From positions 1,056,001-1,120,000 of the forward strand of contig JAXHLW010000013.1 in the NCBI GenBank assembly GCA_034521815.1: a DNA stretch of 64,000 bases, written 5' to 3'. The translations under genes were made by a program, and so were the position numbers. The notes beneath the pieces were generated by a model. That model worked only from the letters and a program-made list of their open reading frames with translations, had not been told where the DNA came from and searched no databases. Shown piece by piece: positions 9,186-18,035 of this stretch. Numbering within the stretch: position 1 is the stretch's first letter; each line of letters starts with the position of its first letter. The stretch is from Trueperaceae bacterium. Lineage in GTDB: Bacteria > Deinococcota > Deinococci > Deinococcales > Trueperaceae.

Positions 9186-9422
9186 ATGCCCCACATCATC
9201 GCCGAGCCGTGCATCGGCACGAAGGATCAGGCATGCGTCGACGTCTGCCCCGTCGAGTGCATCTACGAGGCGGACGACCAGTTCTACATCCACCCCGAGG
9301 AGTGCATCGACTGCGGAGCGTGCATCCCCGCCTGCCCCGTCGACGCGATCTTCCCCGAGGAGGACGTGCCAGCCGAGTGGGAATCGTTCATCAAGAAGAA
9401 CTACACCCTTTCGGGGCTCTGA
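9186..9422 (+). CDS. fdxA: 7Fe (3Fe-4S/4Fe-4S) ferredoxin
   Basis: MPHIIAEPCIGTKDQACVDVCPVECIY...CIDCGACIPACP, Thermus-type, 78 aa; RBS aggagg. Confidence 0.95.
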   Translation: MPHIIAEPCIGTKDQACVDVCPVECIYEADDQFYIHPEECIDCGACIPACPVDAIFPEEDVPAEWESFIKKNYTLSGL

Positions 9423-9460
9423 TCCGACGCGTCTGATCCGACGCTACCGATCGCTCGACG

Positions 9461-10573
9461 CTAAGAATCCGTGCTCGGCCGCTCGGCCCCCTGGGCCAGG
9501 CGGCCGAGCACCGTCGTGACGACCTCGACCGACGAATCGAACTCGGCGAGCACCAGGTGCTCGCCGGGAGCATGATCCAGGCCGGCGTCGCCCGGGCCGT
9601 AGGCCAGCGTCGGGACCGGCCACCTGTCTGCCACGACGTTCCAGTCGCTGGTGCCGGTCTTGACGACGGTCCGGGACCGACCTCCGTGCGCCCGGATCGC
9701 GATCCGGAACGCCCGCGCGAGCGAGCTGTCGCGGTCGCCACGTACGGCCGGGATCCCTTCGATCGTGGTCACCTGCAGCCCGTTCCCCAGCTCCGCCTCG
9801 TCGACGAGCCCGCGAACCCGATCGGGTGGCCAGGCGGGCGGCAGACGAAGGCCCACGGTCGCGGACGCACGCTCGGTCACGCCGTCGTGATCGTGGTCCA
9901 GGGCCAGCACCGTGGTCTGGATCCGATCGAAGGCACGCCCGTGCTCCTCGTCACCATTGACGGCGCGCATCGCCGCGAACAGTCGGCCGAGGCCCCACAC
10001 CAAGCGGTCGGCGGCCGACGGGTCGGGACCGGCCGAATGCCCGCCGGGCGCGACGCAGGTCAGCTGCAGCCGCAGATGCCCCTTGTAGCCCAGCGTCATC
10101 GCGTCCCAGCCGGACGGCTCGCAGATCACCAGCAGATCGGGGACCGGCTGCGTCTCGACCACGTGACGGGCACCGACGCTGCCGGGAGCCTCCTCGCCGA
10201 CCGCACCGATCACCCGGACGGTGAGCGCCTCGCGCACCACAGCAGCGGTCCGGGCCGTGGCGGCCAGCGCGGCGCACAACGGGCCCTTCGCGTCCACCGA
10301 CCCTCGGCCGTACAGGGCGCCGCCGCGTACCTCGACGGGAACGACGCCCGGCACCGTGTCGACGTGGCCCAGGAACGTGACCGCGAGCGGTCCGCGACCG
10401 TGACGAATCGTGAGATTGCCCGCTCCGTCCACGGTCGCCTCGTCCACGCGGTCGACCATCGCGTCCCTGAGCCGACCGACGACCGGAGCCTCGCGACCCG
10501 ACGGGCTGGGGGTCTCGACGGCCAGCTCGAGCAGCGACCGCGCGAACGTGTCCGTCTCGGCGCTCGTGCGCGT
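9461..10573 (-). CDS. lysK: [LysW]-lysine/[LysW]-ornithine hydrolase (M20 family); apparent ACG start
   Basis: LGHVDTVPG, GRGSVDAKG, GEE, CEPSG, YGPGD..LDH motifs. The conserved N-terminal LLELAVETPSPSGRE lies upstream of the first ATG (10459), so the start coordinate is inferred. Confidence 0.88.
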   Translation of the reverse strand, partial: TRTSAETDTFARSLLELAVETPSPSGREAPVVGRLRDAMVDRVDEATVDGAGNLTIRHGRGPLAVTFLGHVDTVPGVVPVEVRGGALYGRGSVDAKGPLCAALAATARTAAVVREALTVRVIGAVGEEAPGSVGARHVVETQPVPDLLVICEPSGWDAMTLGYKGHLRLQLTCVAPGGHSAGPDPSAADRLVWGLGRLFAAMRAVNGDEEHGRAFDRIQTTVLALDHDHDGVTERASATVGLRLPPAWPPDRVRGLVDEAELGNGLQVTTIEGIPAVRGDRDSSLARAFRIAIRAHGGRSRTVVKTGTSDWNVVADRWPVPTLAYGPGDAGLDHAPGEHLVLAEFDSSVEVVTTVLGRLAQGAERPSTDS

Positions 10574-10574
10574 C

Positions 10575-11789
10575 TCAGGCCTCCTGCCGCGCCCCGGCGG
10601 TGTCCGCCAGCGCGCCGCGAAGCGCCTCGACCGCTTCGTCGGCCTCCGCTTCGCTGATCACCAGCGGCGGCACGAAACGGATCACGGTCGCGCCCGCGTT
10701 GATCGCCAGCACGCCGCGATCCTCGAGCGCCGCCAGCACCGGTGCGACCTTCTCCTTCAGCTCGACGCCCAGCATCAGTCCCAGCCCGCGCACCTCGCGG
10801 ATGCGCGGCTCGTCCGCGGCCAGCGCGTCGAGCCGCTCGCGCAGGTGGGCGCCCACGGTGCGGACGTGCTCCAGCAGCCCGCCCTGCAGCTCTTGGAGCA
10901 CCACCCTGCCCGCCGCGGCGGAGAGGGGGTTTCCCCCGAACGTCGTCCCGTGACCGCCTTTCGGCATCGCGGCGGCGACGTCGTCCGTCATCAGGACCGC
11001 GCCGATCGGGACGCCCCCTCCGAGCCCCTTCGCCATGGTCGCGACGTCGGCCTCGACGCCGAAGTGCTCGTGAGCCAGGAAGCGGCCGGTGCGCCCGGCG
11101 CCCGACTGGATCTCGTCGAACACGAGCAGCGCGCCGCGCTCGCGGGTGATGCGACGCGCCTCGCGCACGAACTCGACGTCCGCGGGATGGATTCCGCCCT
11201 CCCCTTGCACCGGCTCCAGCACCACGGCGGCGACGTCGTCGTCGACGGCCGCGTCGAGCTCCGCGACGTCGCCGTAGCCGACGAACCGCGCCTGGTGCCC
11301 GAGGGGCTCGAACGGCTCGCGGTACGCCTGCGTCCAGGTGAGCGGCAGCACGCCCAGCGTGCGGCCGGAGAAGCCCCGCTTCGTCGCGACGAAGGTCGAT
11401 CGACCCGTCGCGGCGCGGGCCCACTTGAGCGCGCCCTCGTTCGCCTCGGAGCCGGAGCTGCACAGGAACGCGCGCGTCAGCGGCGCGGGGGCCAGCTCGA
11501 ACAGCGCCTCGAGGAAGTCCGTGCGGGTGTCGTTCGCGAGGTTCTGTGGACTCACGATCAGACGTCCGGCCTGCTCGCAGATCGCGGCGGTCAGGGCCGG
11601 ATGGGCGTGGCCCAGCGACGCCACGGCGATGCCGGCCATCAGGTCCAGGAACTCGTTCCCGTCGGCGTCGTAGATGCGGCAGCCGTCGCCGCGCACGAAC
11701 GCCTGGCGCGGGGACCAGAGGCCGGAGTTGTGATGGGCGTCGCGCGCGATGAGCTCGGCGCTGGCGGGGTTGCGAGGGGACTCGGGCAT
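10575..11789 (-). CDS. lysJ: [LysW]-aminoadipate semialdehyde transaminase (class III PLP aminotransferase)
   Basis: [54 protein letters not shown] aggagg. Confidence 0.92.
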   Translation of the reverse strand: MPESPRNPASAELIARDAHHNSGLWSPRQAFVRGDGCRIYDADGNEFLDLMAGIAVASLGHAHPALTAAICEQAGRLIVSPQNLANDTRTDFLEALFELAPAPLTRAFLCSSGSEANEGALKWARAATGRSTFVATKRGFSGRTLGVLPLTWTQAYREPFEPLGHQARFVGYGDVAELDAAVDDDVAAVVLEPVQGEGGIHPADVEFVREARRITRERGALLVFDEIQSGAGRTGRFLAHEHFGVEADVATMAKGLGGGVPIGAVLMTDDVAAAMPKGGHGTTFGGNPLSAAAGRVVLQELQGGLLEHVRTVGAHLRERLDALAADEPRIREVRGLGLMLGVELKEKVAPVLAALEDRGVLAINAGATVIRFVPPLVISEAEADEAVEALRGALADTAGARQEA

Positions 11790-11862
11790 GCAAGGACCTC
11801 CTGAGTGCGGGTCGTCTCGGTCGATGATCGCGCACGGCGAAGCGAGCGCCGTGCAGGCGGGC

Positions 11863-12666
11863 TCAGGCCACCACGGTACCCCTGCCGGCCAGCGCTGCGC
11901 GCACGGGACCGTCGCAGCGCGCGTCGCCCAGGACGACGCGGGCCACGCCGCCCTGCACGGCGGCGAGGGCACCGTCGATCTTGGCGCGCATCCGTCCTCG
12001 CGCCCAGCGCCGAGCGTCCGCCGGTTCCGACGCGTCGACGCGGGCCACCAGGCTGCCGTCGTCGTTCACGTCGCGCAAGAGTCCGGGGACGTTCGACAGG
12101 AGGATCAGCGCGTCGGCTCGCAACGCGATCGCCACGGCCGCCGCGGCGCGGTCGCCGTCGACGTTGATCGCGACGCCCTCCTCCGAGATTCCGGGCGGCG
12201 ACAGGACCGGCAGGTGGCCGGCCGTGATCAGCGTCCGCAACAGGCCATCGTTGACGCGGTCGACCGTTCCGGTGTGATCATCACGAAGCAGCTTGACCTT
12301 GTCGCCCTCGACCGAGCGGACGGTGGCCTTGCGCCGACCCTCCAGGATGCGACCGTCGATGCCCGACAAGCCCACGGCGTCCGCTCCGGCCGCTTGGAGG
12401 CGCTCGACGATCGCCTTGTTCGCGCGGCCGCAGTACACCATCTCGAAGATCTCCAAGGTGCGCCGGTCGGTGTAGCGGCTCACGCGGCCGCTGGGGCTCG
12501 TCACGAACGTCGGTGGGTGTCCCAGCGCCACGGCCAGCCGGTTCGTCTCGTCGCTGCCGCCGTGCACCAGCACCACCTCTTCCCCGCCGAGGTGCAACGC
12601 GGCCACGTCGTCCACGACGTTCGCCGGGTCGATCCCTGCGCCGCCACCGACCTTGACGACGATCAC
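11863..12666 (-). CDS. lysZ: [LysW]-aminoadipate kinase
   Basis: VVKVGG, VLVHGGS, SRYTD, INVDGDRAAA, LSNVPGLL; GTG start overlaps the upstream stop (GTGA). Confidence 0.93.
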   Translation of the reverse strand: MIVVKVGGGAGIDPANVVDDVAALHLGGEEVVLVHGGSDETNRLAVALGHPPTFVTSPSGRVSRYTDRRTLEIFEMVYCGRANKAIVERLQAAGADAVGLSGIDGRILEGRRKATVRSVEGDKVKLLRDDHTGTVDRVNDGLLRTLITAGHLPVLSPPGISEEGVAINVDGDRAAAAVAIALRADALILLSNVPGLLRDVNDDGSLVARVDASEPADARRWARGRMRAKIDGALAAVQGGVARVVLGDARCDGPVRAALAGRGTVVA

Positions 12667-13934
12667 GGTCGACGCTCTCCACCGCTCGCGAGCCACGGCT
12701 CGCGAGCCCCGCTTCGGACGGCGTCGGCCACGTCCTTGGGAACGCCGCCAGGCACGACCGCCCGCTGGACGCCGAGGTAGTGCGCGAAGCGCGAGACCGC
12801 CGCCGCGAGCTCGTCCAGGAACGCCGCTCGGCCACCGTGGCTCCGCGCGACGGTGGCCTCGGCCTCCGCTTCCCACCACCATCGGCGCAGACGCAACGCG
12901 GGCCCGCCGGTCGCGCTGGCGTCGCGGATCGCGTCGATGCGGGCGACGAAGCGGTCGCCACGGACGACGGGAAGGACGTAGTACCCCCAGCGCCGCTGCG
13001 CCGCGGGCTTGTACACCTCCCACAGGTAGTCGAACCCGAACGTCGCGCGGAGTCCTGGCCGGTCCCAGAGCAGGGGATCGAGAGGGGCGACGAAGCGTAC
13101 CCCCGGCGCAGGCGACGTTCCCTCGAGCGCTTCCAGCCAGCCGGGAGCGGCGTGATGGGGCGCGCCGTCGACCTCGACCTCGCTCAGCTCGCCTCGGGCC
13201 ACGAGCTCGGCGATGGCGCGGTGACGGACCGCGGCGGGCGCGTGCAGGCTCCACACTTCGGCCGGCGCGGTCGGCCGCAACAGGCCGGTGGCCCGGTGCC
13301 GGTCCGCGACCAGTCGCCGAACCGCGTCGGCATCCGACGGCGTCGGCCGGGCCAGCACCGACGCGGGCAGGACGCGCTCGATCAGGTCGTAGACGTGACG
13401 GCCGTGCTCACGGCGTCGCGTGGCGACGCGGCCCGTGTGCCACAAGGCCCGCAGGATCCGCTTCGCGAGCCTCGGCCCGTACCAGCTGTCGCGCCAGGCG
13501 TGAACGTGCGTGTCCAGGTCCACCGAGGCCGCGTCGAGCGGGCCGCGGTCGTGCAGCTGGCCGACCACCTCGGCGGTCTCGTCCGGCCAGGGCCGCAGCA
13601 CCTCCTCGAGCCAGCGGTCGCCGTTCCAGCGATGGTAGATGCGCCTCGCAGGCTGGCCGTCGATGTCGATCAGGCTGGCCTGCTTGTCCCAGCCGTCGTA
13701 GCCGACGCGCTCCTCGTACAGCGGCTCCCGCCAGTCACCGATCCGGTAGCCCGGCACCCGGGCCGCGAACACCAGGTCGTGGTTGCAGCCGAGCGGCGCG
13801 AGCGGGTCGTACTGCACGCTGGCGTGGCGCGCCAGAACGCCGCCGACGTCCGTGGGCGCGAAGTGGTACGCCAGGCTGGCTCGTAACGCGTCGCGCGCGC
13901 CCACCCGTCGCGCGGCGTCCCTGCCGACCGTCAC
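12663..13934 (-). CDS. YcaQ/AlkZ-family (HTH_42) crosslink-repair DNA glycosylase
   Basis: SVQYDP (QxD motif), PLDPLLWDR, FGFDYLWEVYKP...RRWGYYVLP, FVARID; GTGA overlaps at both ends. Confidence 0.88.
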   Translation of the reverse strand: MTVGRDAARRVGARDALRASLAYHFAPTDVGGVLARHASVQYDPLAPLGCNHDLVFAARVPGYRIGDWREPLYEERVGYDGWDKQASLIDIDGQPARRIYHRWNGDRWLEEVLRPWPDETAEVVGQLHDRGPLDAASVDLDTHVHAWRDSWYGPRLAKRILRALWHTGRVATRRREHGRHVYDLIERVLPASVLARPTPSDADAVRRLVADRHRATGLLRPTAPAEVWSLHAPAAVRHRAIAELVARGELSEVEVDGAPHHAAPGWLEALEGTSPAPGVRFVAPLDPLLWDRPGLRATFGFDYLWEVYKPAAQRRWGYYVLPVVRGDRFVARIDAIRDASATGGPALRLRRWWWEAEAEATVARSHGGRAAFLDELAAAVSRFAHYLGVQRAVVPGGVPKDVADAVRSGAREPWLASGGERRP

Positions 13935-15040
13935 GGGTGGAGACCGGGGAAGCTCAGCCCGCTGGTCTCGTCCCACCCCACGGCGACGTTCAGCGCCTGG
14001 ACCGCCTGGCCCGCCGTTCCCTTCACCAGGTTGTCGATCGCGCTCATCACCACCAGGCGCCCGCTGTCGCGGTCGAGAGCGAACCCCAGGTCGCACCAGT
14101 TGCTCCCGTCCAGAATCCGGGGGTCGGGAACACGGTGGATGCCGCGGCGAGCCAGCACCAGCCTCACGAACGGCTCGTCCTCGTAGCTGTCACGGAGCGC
14201 CATGAGAACGTCCTGCTCGCTGGTTCCGTCCTGGACGAACAGGTGCGCGGCGACCAGGATGCCGCGCACCCGCTCGACCGCGGTCGCCGTCAGGTGGACG
14301 CGGAGGCGGCCTCCGAACGCCTGGGCGATCTCGGGCTCGTGCCGATGGCCGACCGGCGCGTAGGTGCGGATCGCGCCGGCTCGCTCCGGGTGGTGCCCGG
14401 ACGGACCGGGGCGTGCGCCGGCGGCCGACGAGCCGATCTTGGCGTCGAGGATCGCGTCGCCCTTCGCGAGGATCGCGTGACGCACGAACGGCGCGAGCGC
14501 CAGCTGGGAGGCCGTCGCGATGCAGCCTGCGCCCGCGATCCGCGTGGCGCCGCGGAGGCGTGCCCGGTTCAGCTCCGGGACGCCGTACACGAACGTGCCC
14601 AGCAGCTCGGGTCTCGGGTGGGGCCGCCCGTAGGCACGGCGATACGTGTCGGGGTCGGTCAGCCGCAGATCGGACGAGAGGTCGACGAGCCTGGACGCCG
14701 TCTGGGCGAAACGATCGTAGTGCAGGGCGAACGTTCCGTGGGGCAGCGCAGCGATCAGGACGTCGCACGGCTCCAGCGCGTCCAGCGCCGTGAAGCGTAG
14801 ACGGGAGACGCCACGCAGGTTGGGGTGGACGTTCCCGATCGGCTGTCCGGCGTGGCGCTCGCTGGTGACCTGGACCACCTCGAGGTTGGGGTGCTGGAGC
14901 GCGATGCGGAGCGCCTCGCCTCCGGCGTAGCCCGACGCCCCGACGATGCCGACGGTCAGCCGCTCGGGCGCGGTGCCGGCGCGATCGATCGGCCCGCCGG
15001 TCGCATCCGTCGCGCTCGCTCCCCTGGCACCGTCGCTCAT
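13931..15040 (-). CDS. lysY: [LysW]-aminoadipate-6-phosphate reductase (ArgC-like)
   Basis: GIVGASGYAGGE, ALPHG, DLSSDLRL, GAGCIAT, GSSAAG, HPER, AIDNLVKGTAG. Confidence 0.93.
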   Translation of the reverse strand: MSDGARGASATDATGGPIDRAGTAPERLTVGIVGASGYAGGEALRIALQHPNLEVVQVTSERHAGQPIGNVHPNLRGVSRLRFTALDALEPCDVLIAALPHGTFALHYDRFAQTASRLVDLSSDLRLTDPDTYRRAYGRPHPRPELLGTFVYGVPELNRARLRGATRIAGAGCIATASQLALAPFVRHAILAKGDAILDAKIGSSAAGARPGPSGHHPERAGAIRTYAPVGHRHEPEIAQAFGGRLRVHLTATAVERVRGILVAAHLFVQDGTSEQDVLMALRDSYEDEPFVRLVLARRGIHRVPDPRILDGSNWCDLGFALDRDSGRLVVMSAIDNLVKGTAGQAVQALNVAVGWDETSGLSFPGLHP

Positions 15041-15045
15041 GACGC

Positions 15046-15993
15046 TCACTGTAAGGCGGGCAGCGGCGTCGATGCGCCAGCGCTCCTGGACGCTCGCTCT
15101 CCGCTCGTCCGGGCTCGTTCCGTCAGGTACGCCGCGATCTCGGCCGGAATGTCCACGCCGGTGGGCCCGACCGAGTTCCTGAACTCGAGGCCGTGGTTGA
15201 CCTCGCTCACCAGCAGGCCGCGCGACGACTCCAGCAGGTCGACCGCCAGCACGCCGCCGCCGACGGCCCCAGCGGCTGCGAGCGCGATCCGCTCCAGCGC
15301 GGCGTCGACCGCCACGCCGCGCACGACGGCGCCGCGGGCCGTGTTCGTCCGCCAGTCGTCGCCCTCGCGAGCGATGGCGGCGACGACCCGGTCTGCGACC
15401 ACGAAGGCGCGCAGGTCCCGGCCCGGCTTGTCGACGTGCTCTTGGACGTAGAACAGCTGGTGCGACGGTCCGCCCAGAACCTGCTTGTGCTCGAGCAGCG
15501 CATGAATCGCATCGGCGTCGCGGCAGCGGGCGACCATGCGTCCCCAGCTTCCGACGACGGGCTTGACGACGACGGGCCAGCCCAGCTCCTCGCACGCCCC
15601 GATCACCGTCTCGGGCGAGAAGGCCAGGAAGGTGCGCGGCTGCGGCACCCCGGCAGCGGCCAGGGCCGCGCTGGTGGCCGCCTTGTCGCCGCACGTCTCG
15701 ATCACCCGGGCGCGGTTGACGACGTCGGCGCCATCGGCCTCGAGCGCCCTGGCGATCGCCAAGGTGCGGGCGTGCGAGAGCGTGCGCAGCAACACCACCT
15801 CGCCGTCGATGCGGCGTGCGCCCGCCTCCCAGCGCCAGTGCGGGGCGTAGACCCGCTCGACGTCGGCTCCGGCCCGCTCCAGGGCCGCGAAGAGCATCGT
15901 CTCCTCCGGCCGCAGGCGATCGTGAACCAAGGCGACCTTGGGCGCGGAGCCGCCGACCGCGGACACGCCCGCGGACACGCCCGCGGGGCTCAC
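15046..15993 (-). CDS. lysX: Alpha-aminoadipate--LysW ligase (RimK/ATP-grasp)
   Basis: DRLRPEE, CGDK, KPVVGSWGR, YVQEHVDKPGRDLR, WRTNTARG, EVNHGLEF. Confidence 0.93.
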   Translation of the reverse strand: MSPAGVSAGVSAVGGSAPKVALVHDRLRPEETMLFAALERAGADVERVYAPHWRWEAGARRIDGEVVLLRTLSHARTLAIARALEADGADVVNRARVIETCGDKAATSAALAAAGVPQPRTFLAFSPETVIGACEELGWPVVVKPVVGSWGRMVARCRDADAIHALLEHKQVLGGPSHQLFYVQEHVDKPGRDLRAFVVADRVVAAIAREGDDWRTNTARGAVVRGVAVDAALERIALAAAGAVGGGVLAVDLLESSRGLLVSEVNHGLEFRNSVGPTGVDIPAEIAAYLTERARTSGERASRSAGASTPLPALQ

Positions 15994-16154
15994 TCGCCCC
16001 AGTCCTCGGCCTCCTCGGGCGCGGGCTCGAAGCGAAGCGGCTCGAGCGACACGACCTCGAGCTCCACGCCGTCATCGCTCACGACGAGCTCTCCGAGCTC
16101 GAGGAGAGCGGTGTCGACGTCCAGACGGCCGTACGGGGTGGTCAGGGTCTGCAT
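15990..16154 (-). CDS. lysW: Amino-group carrier protein LysW (cysteine-free variant)
   Basis: 54 aa, acidic, C-terminal EEAEDWGE signature; directly upstream of lysX. Confidence 0.93.
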   Translation of the reverse strand: MQTLTTPYGRLDVDTALLELGELVVSDDGVELEVVSLEPLRFEPAPEEAEDWGE

Positions 16155-16273
16155 GGGGGTCGCCTTTCCGGGCGTTCGGCATCGCCGGAGGGCCGGACGA
16201 TCGCCTTCGATTCTTAAGTCGCCCTGCGCGACGTGCGGGTTCCAGCGTGGACGCCGCATCGCGTGCGACCTGC

Positions 16274-16302
16274 ATGCTACGCGTCCGTGGCATTTTCGTC
16301 AA
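16274..16302 (-). promoter_or_regulatory. Sigma70-type promoter of the lys operon
   Basis: TTGACG-N17-TAGCAT on the minus strand, about 120 nt upstream of lysW. Confidence 0.75.
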
Positions 16303-16443
16303 GACCGTCCAGCACACGTATTTGTACGGTTTCGATACCGCGCGTCGATCGCCCTCGGCGCCGACGAAGCGGCGAAGGCGACATCGCCGACACCTCCGAT
16401 GTCCGAGCTCGAACCGCTCACTCCTTTCGATTCGTAGGCCGGC

Positions 16444-17526
16444 GTGCGAGCGTCGTCGCGGTCCCACCACACGGGTACGCTGACCCGATGGACGATCCTG
16501 GTCAGGCGTCGGGGCACGCGTCGGTTCACGCGGCTGGATCGTGCGCTGGGTCGTGCGCTGGTGTCCTGGTTCGAGCAGCGCGCCCGCCCGTTCCCATGGC
16601 GCACCGAGCGCACGCCGTACCGGGTCTGGGTGGCCGAGGCGATGCTGCAGCAAACGCGCGCCGAGACGGTCGTCCCCTACTTCCTGCGGTGGATGGACAC
16701 GTTCCCGACGGTGAGCGACCTCGCCCGTGCCGAGGTGGAGCAGGTGCTGGCGGCGTGGGAGGGCTTGGGCTACTACCGGAGAGCCCACGCCCTGCACCGA
16801 GCCGCTCGTCGGATCGTGACCTGCGACGGAGGCCGGTTTCCGAGCGACGAGGCGGGCTGGCGAAGCCTGCCCGGCGTCGGGCCGTACACCGCGGCGGCCG
16901 TGGCCGCCTTCGCGCTGGGGCACCGAACCGTCGCGGTCGACGGCAACGTTCGGCGCGTGGGCGCGCGCCTACGCGCCGACGCGGCGCCCGTCGACGCCGA
17001 GCTCAGGCAGACGCTGGCGCCCCTGCTCCCGGCCAGCGACCCCGCACGCGGCACCGAAGCGCTGATCGAGCTCGGAGCGACCGTGTGCAGCCCGCGCGCG
17101 CCGGACTGCGGGGCCTGTCCGCTCAGACCCGGCTGCGCAGGCGCCGCCATGGGCGAGCCGACCGCGTTCCCCGCCCGCCTCCGTCGCGCGTCCGTCCCGA
17201 CCCGTCGCCGCTGGGCGCTCGTCGCCCTCGACGAGGACCGCATCTGGCTGGAGCGACGGCCCGAAGGCGGGCTTCTGGGCGGTCTCTGGGGCGTGCCGCA
17301 GCGCGAGACCGCGCCGCACGGTCGCCCGCTTCCCGAGGTCCGCCACGCCTACTCGCACTTCGCGCTCCGGCTCGTGCCCGTCTTGGTGGACGGTGCTCCC
17401 CCGCCGCCCGAAGACGGGCGCGACGCCGGCTGGAGCGGGCCCGAGCAGCGTGCCCGGCTGCCGCTGTCGAAGGTCGACCGGATGGTTCTCTCTCGCCTCC
17501 GCGAGGCTGGCCTGCTAGCCTCGTGA
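16444..17526 (+). CDS. mutY: A/G-specific adenine glycosylase; start uncertain
   Basis: PWR..PYRVWVAEAMLQQT, WEGLGYY.RA, LPGVGPYTA, VDGNVRRV, Fe-S motif C-x6-C-x2-C-x5-C. Confidence 0.9.
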   Translation: MRASSRSHHTGTLTRWTILVRRRGTRRFTRLDRALGRALVSWFEQRARPFPWRTERTPYRVWVAEAMLQQTRAETVVPYFLRWMDTFPTVSDLARAEVEQVLAAWEGLGYYRRAHALHRAARRIVTCDGGRFPSDEAGWRSLPGVGPYTAAAVAAFALGHRTVAVDGNVRRVGARLRADAAPVDAELRQTLAPLLPASDPARGTEALIELGATVCSPRAPDCGACPLRPGCAGAAMGEPTAFPARLRRASVPTRRRWALVALDEDRIWLERRPEGGLLGGLWGVPQRETAPHGRPLPEVRHAYSHFALRLVPVLVDGAPPPPEDGRDAGWSGPEQRARLPLSKVDRMVLSRLREAGLLAS

Positions 17527-17527
17527 G

Positions 17528-17932
17528 GTGACGTTCCGAGTCCGTTTCGCCGAGACCGACCAGATGGGTGTCGCCCATCACGCCGCCTACGTCGTCTGGC
17601 TGGAAGCCGCCCGCGTCGAGTGGATGCGCGAGCGCGGGCTCTCCTACCGCGAAATGGAGGATTCCGGCGTCTCCATGGCGGTCTCCGGACTGGAGCTCCG
17701 CTACCGCCGTGCGGCGCGGTTCGACGATCTCCTACGGGTCGACTGTCGCCTGGTCGCGCTGCGGAGTCGCTACGGGCGCTACGCCTACCGACTCCTGAAC
17801 GAGCAGGACGAGCTCGTCGCCAGCGGAGCGACCGATCACGTCCCCACCGACCGTCGAGGCCGTGCGATGCGGCTTTCCAGCGCTTGGCTGGACGCGCTCG
17901 GGCCGCACGTGGAGCCCGAAGCGGGCGGCTGA
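17528..17932 (+). CDS. Acyl-CoA thioesterase (YbgC/FadM hot-dog family)
   Basis: RVRFAETDQMGVAHHAAY..WLEAAR motif. Confidence 0.9.
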   Translation: MTFRVRFAETDQMGVAHHAAYVVWLEAARVEWMRERGLSYREMEDSGVSMAVSGLELRYRRAARFDDLLRVDCRLVALRSRYGRYAYRLLNEQDELVASGATDHVPTDRRGRAMRLSSAWLDALGPHVEPEAGG

Positions 17933-18035
17933 AGTGGTCGACGGCCTGCGTCCGCCTTAGGCGGCGCCCACGAGCACGGACGGGTATGCTCCGGTTCGAA
18001 CCGGCGCCGTGCGCGCCGCTGCGAGGTGAGACTGC

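Noticed and set aside
16155-16259. 35-aa N-terminal extension of LysW
   Set aside because: LysW is about 54 aa, the extension is not protein-like, and ATG 16154 has a purine-rich RBS.
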